From a candidate division FCPU426 bacterium (GTDB lineage: Bacteria > Oederibacteriota > JAUXIB01), in the NCBI GenBank assembly GCA_030621225.1, contig JAUXIB010000003.1:1-41873 (forward strand): a stretch of 41,873 nucleotides of DNA. Direction: 5' to 3'. Position numbers and translations under genes: made by a program. Under the pieces are notes generated by a model that saw nothing but the letters and a program-made list of their open reading frames with translations, searched no databases and was not told the origin of the DNA. Numbering within the stretch: position 1 is the stretch's first letter; each line of letters starts with the position of its first letter. This document shows, piece by piece, positions 37,004 through 41,873 of the stretch.

Positions 37004-38113
37004 GTGGACAAAAAATATGATTTTGAGGAACGGCTGGCTCGGATAGCGCTTAATTTCCTGCCGCAGATAGGCGGTTTGCGCTTGCAGGCTCTGCTCAAGA
37101 GATATCGCCGGGCGAAGAGCGTGCTCGAGGCGCGGCAAAGTGAGCTGTCCCGGGTGCCGGGGATCGGCGTCAAGGGGGCGGCTGGTATCAAGGCACTGAG
37201 TTTGCAGGACGCTGAGGTGGAATATGAAAAGGCCGCTGGCCGGGGGATAGAGATAGTTTGTCTGGGGGAGAGCGGCTATCCTGAGTCTTTGGCTTGCATT
37301 CCGCAACCACCGGCGGTGCTTTATATTTGGGGGTGTCGGCAAACGTTAGCGGAACCCATGGTTGGTATTGTCGGTTGTCGGCGACCAACGTCCTATGGGA
37401 TCAGAACGGCCGGGGTGATGAGCCGCGGACTGGTTCGGGCCGGGTTTGTCGTTGTTAGTGGTCTGGCGCGCGGTATAGATAGTGAAGCGCATCGGGCCGC
37501 TCTGGCAGCCGGGGGTAGAACGGTGGCTGCACTCGCGGCGGGGTTTGACCATATTTATCCGCCCGAGAACAAACAGCTTTTGCGGAAGATGGTCGACGGC
37601 GGGGTGGCGGTGAGTGAGTTCCCATTGCGGATGAAACCCCTGAAACAGAATTTCCCCTTCCGTAACAGAATTATCAGCGGACTCAGTCGGGGGGTGGTGG
37701 TCGTGCAGGGGCAGCGGGGGAGTGGCGCGTTGATCACTGCGAATTTTGCGCTGGAGCAGGGGCGGGAAGTGTTCGCGGTGCCGGGAGAAGTAGGGATAAA
37801 GGAATCGGAGGGTCCGCACACGCTTATTCGCCAGGGAGCACGATTAGTGCGGGACGTAACAGATATCCTGAAGGACTTGGAATATGAGTCGGAACGATTG
37901 AGGCCCCAGCGGGGACCGGATCTCAAGGACTTGACAGCTGTGGAGGAAAAGGTGCTACGCGCCATCGGCAAGGCAACGCTGCATCCGGATGAAGTAATAG
38001 TCAAGACCGAGATCTCAGCCGGAGACCTGATGCAAGTGTTGCTCGGGTTGGAGTTGAAAGGTTTCGTGCGCCGCACGGCAGGGGAACGTTATTTTTTAAG
38101 CGGCAAGCTATAG
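37004..38113 (+). CDS. dprA: DNA-processing protein DprA (Smf)
   Basis: YPESLACI..PPAVLY, GIVGCRRPTSYG, VVSGLARGIDSEAH, VSEFP, FPFRNRIISGLS, SGALITA, C-terminal winged helix. GTG 37004 preferred. Confidence 0.96.
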   Translation: MDKKYDFEERLARIALNFLPQIGGLRLQALLKRYRRAKSVLEARQSELSRVPGIGVKGAAGIKALSLQDAEVEYEKAAGRGIEIVCLGESGYPESLACIPQPPAVLYIWGCRQTLAEPMVGIVGCRRPTSYGIRTAGVMSRGLVRAGFVVVSGLARGIDSEAHRAALAAGGRTVAALAAGFDHIYPPENKQLLRKMVDGGVAVSEFPLRMKPLKQNFPFRNRIISGLSRGVVVVQGQRGSGALITANFALEQGREVFAVPGEVGIKESEGPHTLIRQGARLVRDVTDILKDLEYESERLRPQRGPDLKDLTAVEEKVLRAIGKATLHPDEVIVKTEISAGDLMQVLLGLELKGFVRRTAGERYFLSGKL

Positions 38114-38136
38114 GCAGGGGTTGGGGGTCAGTAAGC

Positions 38137-38250
38137 TAGTCGTTGGTCGTTGGTATTTAGTATTTAGTTGGCAACCAAACGCCCCCTACGGGGACTAACT
38201 GATATTAAATAGGATAGCGGCCAATGACCAAATACTGACGACCAAAACAG
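38137..38250. repeat. Inverted-arm element with 41-nt central insert
   Basis: Arms differ from 36626-36700 at 3 and 2 positions. The centre carries CCCC-ctac-GGGG and GATATTAAATAGGAT. Confidence 0.85.
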
Positions 38251-38374
38251 GATGCAAGGAACGGCGCTTGACAAACTACGCAATACGCAATACGACATAC
38301 GATATCCGGTAGACGGGGGGGCTTAACTTGGTAATGCACGCTATACGCTATACGCGGTACGTGGTACGAGAACT

Positions 38375-38824
38375 ATGGATGAATTAGCGAAAATAATGCG
38401 CTACTTGCAAAAGAATCGCGGCCTTGGTTTGACGGAGGTCAGACGGCGTCTGGCCAAGTCAGGTGTCGAGGGGTGGCAGGTAGATTATTGTCTGGAATGG
38501 CTGCAAACGGTATCCGGTTGCCGCAACCCGGAGGAATTGCGGGCGCGTATGTCCCGTTCGGGCGCGCAGGGAAGTTGGCCGCCGTATGACCCCGGCTTTA
38601 ACCTTTCGCCGGAGGCGTACACTATGTTGGTCGGCTTGCGTGGTTTGGGGGTGATCGGCGAGGAAGACTTTCGGGATATCTTGCAGCGTATTTTTCGTTT
38701 GTCCGACGCGGTGGATGCCGAGGAATTGCAGGATATTCTATTGCATGACGCTTACGGCCGGATGTTGTTTCGCGGTGAAGGGATATTTATAGGAGAAAGA
38801 GAGCAATGGGGAAACAAAAACTAG
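38375..38824 (+). CDS. Smg/DUF494-like protein
   Basis: L.KSGVEGWQVDYCLEWL and LSPEAYTMLVGLRGLGVI pattern; canonical position between dprA and topA. Confidence 0.65.
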   Translation: MDELAKIMRYLQKNRGLGLTEVRRRLAKSGVEGWQVDYCLEWLQTVSGCRNPEELRARMSRSGAQGSWPPYDPGFNLSPEAYTMLVGLRGLGVIGEEDFRDILQRIFRLSDAVDAEELQDILLHDAYGRMLFRGEGIFIGEREQWGNKN

Positions 38825-41094
38825 ATAAAAAAGGAACGTTGGTTATCGTAGAGTCTTCTGCCAAGGCCCGGACGATTGGTAAGTACCTTGGCCCAGGGTA
38901 TCACGTGGTCGCTTGCATGGGTCATGTCATCGATCTGCCCAAGAGCGAGCTAGGTGTTGACGTGGAGAACGGTTTTCGGGCACGGTATATAACGGTGCGT
39001 GGCAAGGGGAAGATCCTGCAGGAGCTTAAACGTCTTGCCAAACGTTTGTCTGGTGTTTTGATCGCGGCTGATCCGGACCGGGAGGGGGAAGCGATCTCCT
39101 GGCATCTTAGAGAGGCCCTGGTGAAAAACGGGGTAGAGACTATCCAGCGGATCAGTTTTAACGAGATCACCAAAAAAGCAGTACTTGGTGCGCTTGACCA
39201 GAAAAAAGAAATTAATCTGGATATGGTCTACGCACAGCAGGCGCGGCGCATCCTTGATCGACTGGTCGGGTATATGATCAGCCCTATTCTTTGGCAGAAC
39301 GTAAGAAGGGGGCTTTCCGCGGGGCGGGTGCAGTCGGTGGCCCTGATGATAGTCTGTGATCGCGAGGAGGCGATCAAGGAGTTTAAGCCTCTGGAGTACT
39401 GGACCATAGACGCCGAGGTGAAGGGTAGTCGCGGCGCTGGGTTCATTGTGAATTTGTTCCAGTACGCGGGGGAGAAGGTGGAAATCAATTCTGCCGCAGA
39501 GGCCAAGAAGATCAGCGACAAATTGCGCGAATCGTCTTTTCTTGTGGAAGCTCTGGACAAGACGCGTAAAAGAGCGATGCCGCCGGCGCCGCTGACGACC
39601 AGCAAGCTGCAGCAGCTGGCGTCCGGCAAATTACGTTTTTCGGTAAAGAAGACGATGTTCATCGCTCAGCAACTATACGAGGGCATGGATATTGGCGAGG
39701 AAGTACCGGCGGGCCTGATCACTTATTTGCGTACCGATTCACGTCGAGTGTCCGATGAGGCGAAGCAGGACGCGGCGCGTTACATAGAGGAGAATTTTTC
39801 CGCGGACTACTTGCAGACGAAGCCGATCGTTTACAAGGCTAAAGCCGGGGTGCAGGATGCGCATGAAGCGATAAGGCCGACTTCTGTCTATCGTCAACCG
39901 GAAGCGATGCAGCAGTATCTCTCGCGCGACCAATTTGAGCTTTACAAGTTGATCTGGAATGTATTTCTTGCCTCCCAGATGAAGCCGGCGGAATACGATA
40001 ATATAAGTGTGACCATACGTGCCGGGGAAGGGCGGCTTCGGGCCAATGGGCGCAAGCTGGTCTTCGATGGGTTCAAGCGGGTGCTTAAGGAGAAGGAAAG
40101 CAGCAGCCAAAAGATACCTCGTCTGGCGCTGGAACAGGAAGTGGAGTTGTTGGATTTGAAAAACGAGCAGCACTTCACTCAGCCGCCGCCGCGTTTCACC
40201 GAGGCGTTGCTGGTCAAGACCTTGGAAGAAAACGGCATTGGCAGGCCCAGCACTTATTCGCCGATCATCGGTACCATCCAGGGACGGGGGTACGTCGAGC
40301 GTAACCAGGACGGGCGTTTGCAGCCGACGGAATTGGGACAGTTGGTGATAACACTGCTCAAACAGAATTTCCCGGGGATAATGAACGTCAGTTTTACCGC
40401 CGAAATGGAACGGGATCTGGATAGTGTGGAGGAGGGCGGGCGGAAATGGCTTGAGCTCCTGGAAACTTTCTATGGGAAATTCGAAAAGGAGGTGCAGGAA
40501 GCCGGAGTGAACATGAAGGAGCAGAGCCGAGAACTCAGCGGCGAGACGGATGAGGTATGTCCTAACTGCGGCAAACAGTTGGCGGTAAAATGGAGCCGCC
40601 TGGGAAAGTTCCTGGCGTGTCCCGGTTATCCTGAATGCCAATTTACCAAGTCGTTCGGTGAAGAGGGAGAGGTGGCGAGCGAATTTTGGCAAGGTCGTAA
40701 ATGTGATAAATGCGGCGGCAGGTTGAAATTGAAGGTCGGGCGGTTTGGGAAGTTTTTGGCCTGCGAGAAATACCCGGATTGTAAATTCACCGCGTCTCTG
40801 CCCATAGATGTGAAGTGTCCGCAGCAGGGATGCGGCGGCGATGTGGTGCAGTGCCGTTCTAAACGCGGCAGGCATTTTTTCGGCTGCAGCCGCTATCCCG
40901 AGTGTGAGTTTATGAGTTGGTCCCGGCCGGTGCAGATTGAGTGTACCGCTTGTAAAGGGCCGATCATGGTGAAAAAGTCCTCGCGCAAGAAGGGTCAATA
41001 TCTGGCCTGTCCGAATAAGGAGTGTGGGCATGAGGTGGGGGTTGAGGTGGAACAGCCGGAAACGACGGAGGAAGTTGAGGAAAACGCTGATTGA
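38806..41094 (+). CDS. topA: DNA topoisomerase I (type IA)
   Basis: LVIVESSAKA, ADPDREGEAI, SAGRVQS, ITYLRTDS (catalytic Tyr), GIGRPSTY, several C-terminal Cys4 zinc ribbons. Confidence 0.98.
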   Translation: MGKQKLDKKGTLVIVESSAKARTIGKYLGPGYHVVACMGHVIDLPKSELGVDVENGFRARYITVRGKGKILQELKRLAKRLSGVLIAADPDREGEAISWHLREALVKNGVETIQRISFNEITKKAVLGALDQKKEINLDMVYAQQARRILDRLVGYMISPILWQNVRRGLSAGRVQSVALMIVCDREEAIKEFKPLEYWTIDAEVKGSRGAGFIVNLFQYAGEKVEINSAAEAKKISDKLRESSFLVEALDKTRKRAMPPAPLTTSKLQQLASGKLRFSVKKTMFIAQQLYEGMDIGEEVPAGLITYLRTDSRRVSDEAKQDAARYIEENFSADYLQTKPIVYKAKAGVQDAHEAIRPTSVYRQPEAMQQYLSRDQFELYKLIWNVFLASQMKPAEYDNISVTIRAGEGRLRANGRKLVFDGFKRVLKEKESSSQKIPRLALEQEVELLDLKNEQHFTQPPPRFTEALLVKTLEENGIGRPSTYSPIIGTIQGRGYVERNQDGRLQPTELGQLVITLLKQNFPGIMNVSFTAEMERDLDSVEEGGRKWLELLETFYGKFEKEVQEAGVNMKEQSRELSGETDEVCPNCGKQLAVKWSRLGKFLACPGYPECQFTKSFGEEGEVASEFWQGRKCDKCGGRLKLKVGRFGKFLACEKYPDCKFTASLPIDVKCPQQGCGGDVVQCRSKRGRHFFGCSRYPECEFMSWSRPVQIECTACKGPIMVKKSSRKKGQYLACPNKECGHEVGVEVEQPETTEEVEENAD

Positions 41095-41200
41095 GTTTTT
41101 ACGCTGATTACGCGGATTATACGCTGCTTGCCGCAGCTAGTCGCTGGTGCCTGGTGGAGGCGTTACTAGCAACCAGCAACCAGCAACGAGCAACAACTTT
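41095..41200. repeat. 9-mer (ACGCKGATT) plus 7-mer (CAGCAAC) arrays
   Basis: acgctgatt acgcggatt; tagtcgc tggtgcc tggtgga ... tagcaac cagcaac cagcaac gagcaac. Confidence 0.75.
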
Positions 41201-41214
41201 GTAGGAGGTGTATT

Positions 41215-41757
41215 ATGCAATTTAAGGGAACAACGATATTGGCGCTGCGCCGTAAGGGAGAGGCGGTCATCGGCGGCGACGGTCAGGTGACCTTGGGCGA
41301 TATGATCGTCAAGGGACAGGCGAGAAAAATACGCAAGTTGTATAAGGGCAAGATATTAGTCGGTTTTGCGGGGAGTGCCGCTGATGCGATGACGCTTTTT
41401 GACCGTTTTGAGGCCAAACTGGAGGAGTATAAGGGTCAGTTGGCGCGTTCGGCCATAGAATTGGCCAAGGATTGGCGTATGGACCGGGCGTTACGCCGCT
41501 TGGAAGCGATGTTGGTGGCGATCGACGAGAAAAGTCTGTTGCTGATATCCGGTAGTGGCGATGTAATAGAACCGGAGCACGAAGTCGTTGGCATTGGCTC
41601 CGGTGGCGGATACGCGATGGCGGCCGGGCGAGCGCTTTTGGCTAATAGTAAACTAGCGGGGGAGGATATCGTGCGTAGGTCGTTAGAAGTCGCCGCGGGC
41701 TTGTGTGTATATACAAACGATCAGATCACGGTGGAAACTTTAAAACAGAAAAAGTAG
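41215..41757 (+). CDS. hslV: ATP-dependent protease subunit HslV
   Basis: TTILA N-terminal nucleophile, [26 protein letters not shown]. Confidence 0.97.
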   Translation: MQFKGTTILALRRKGEAVIGGDGQVTLGDMIVKGQARKIRKLYKGKILVGFAGSAADAMTLFDRFEAKLEEYKGQLARSAIELAKDWRMDRALRRLEAMLVAIDEKSLLLISGSGDVIEPEHEVVGIGSGGGYAMAAGRALLANSKLAGEDIVRRSLEVAAGLCVYTNDQITVETLKQKK

Positions 41758-41822
41758 TTGCTGGTGAAAGGATGCGCGAGCGACTAGCGACTAGCGACAA
41801 TATTTATTTAGGAGCTAATGAA

Positions 41823-41873
41823 ATGATGGAATTAACCCCACAACAGATAGTAAGAGAGCTGGATAAATATATC
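41823..41873 (+). CDS. hslU: HslU ATPase subunit, 5' fragment (truncated by window end)
   Basis: My translation MMELTPQQIVRELDKYI matches the HslU N-terminus; follows hslV; GGAG SD. Confidence 0.9.
   Translation, partial: MMELTPQQIVRELDKYI

Noticed and set aside
39739-41031. 430-aa minus-strand ORF
   Set aside because: Antisense shadow of topA. The same applies to the other overlapping ORFs in the track.

Overview
41.9 kb of a bacterial chromosome, almost all on the + strand. The organism is probably a diderm (Omp85-like barrel, LolA-like protein, porin); I cannot assign its lineage from this window. Gene order: ribD-ribE-yaaR-like-ribBA-ribH-nusB-ligA; three ion-transport genes; a POTRA-less Omp85-like gene; secA; a peptide ABC substrate-binding protein separated by about 9.8 kb from its permease and ATPase genes; and, inside that gap, a Met-rich LolA-like gene, DUF485/ActP/DcaP-like porin, an MNT-HEPN toxin-antitoxin pair bracketed by 90-bp direct repeats, a GNAT-like protein, a DAACS symporter and a DEDD exonuclease. 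After that come nrdR, a eukaryote-type citrate synthase, eno, TPR and TsaP-like genes, dprA-smg-topA-hslV and the start of hslU. I found no rRNA, tRNA, CRISPR array, transposase or integrase. The most unusual signal is non-coding. About 25 gene junctions carry degenerate 7-nt (some 8- or 9-nt) tandem arrays arranged as inverted arms. Several recur as ordered composite elements with variable unit number or variable central cargo. Some have entered coding sequence: a predicted signal peptide, the OppD N-terminus, and the GTG start context of ribD and dprA. Structured leaders are seen upstream of ribD, ribE/ribH and gltA. All calls are by-eye motif recognition; no database searches or folding computations were run.
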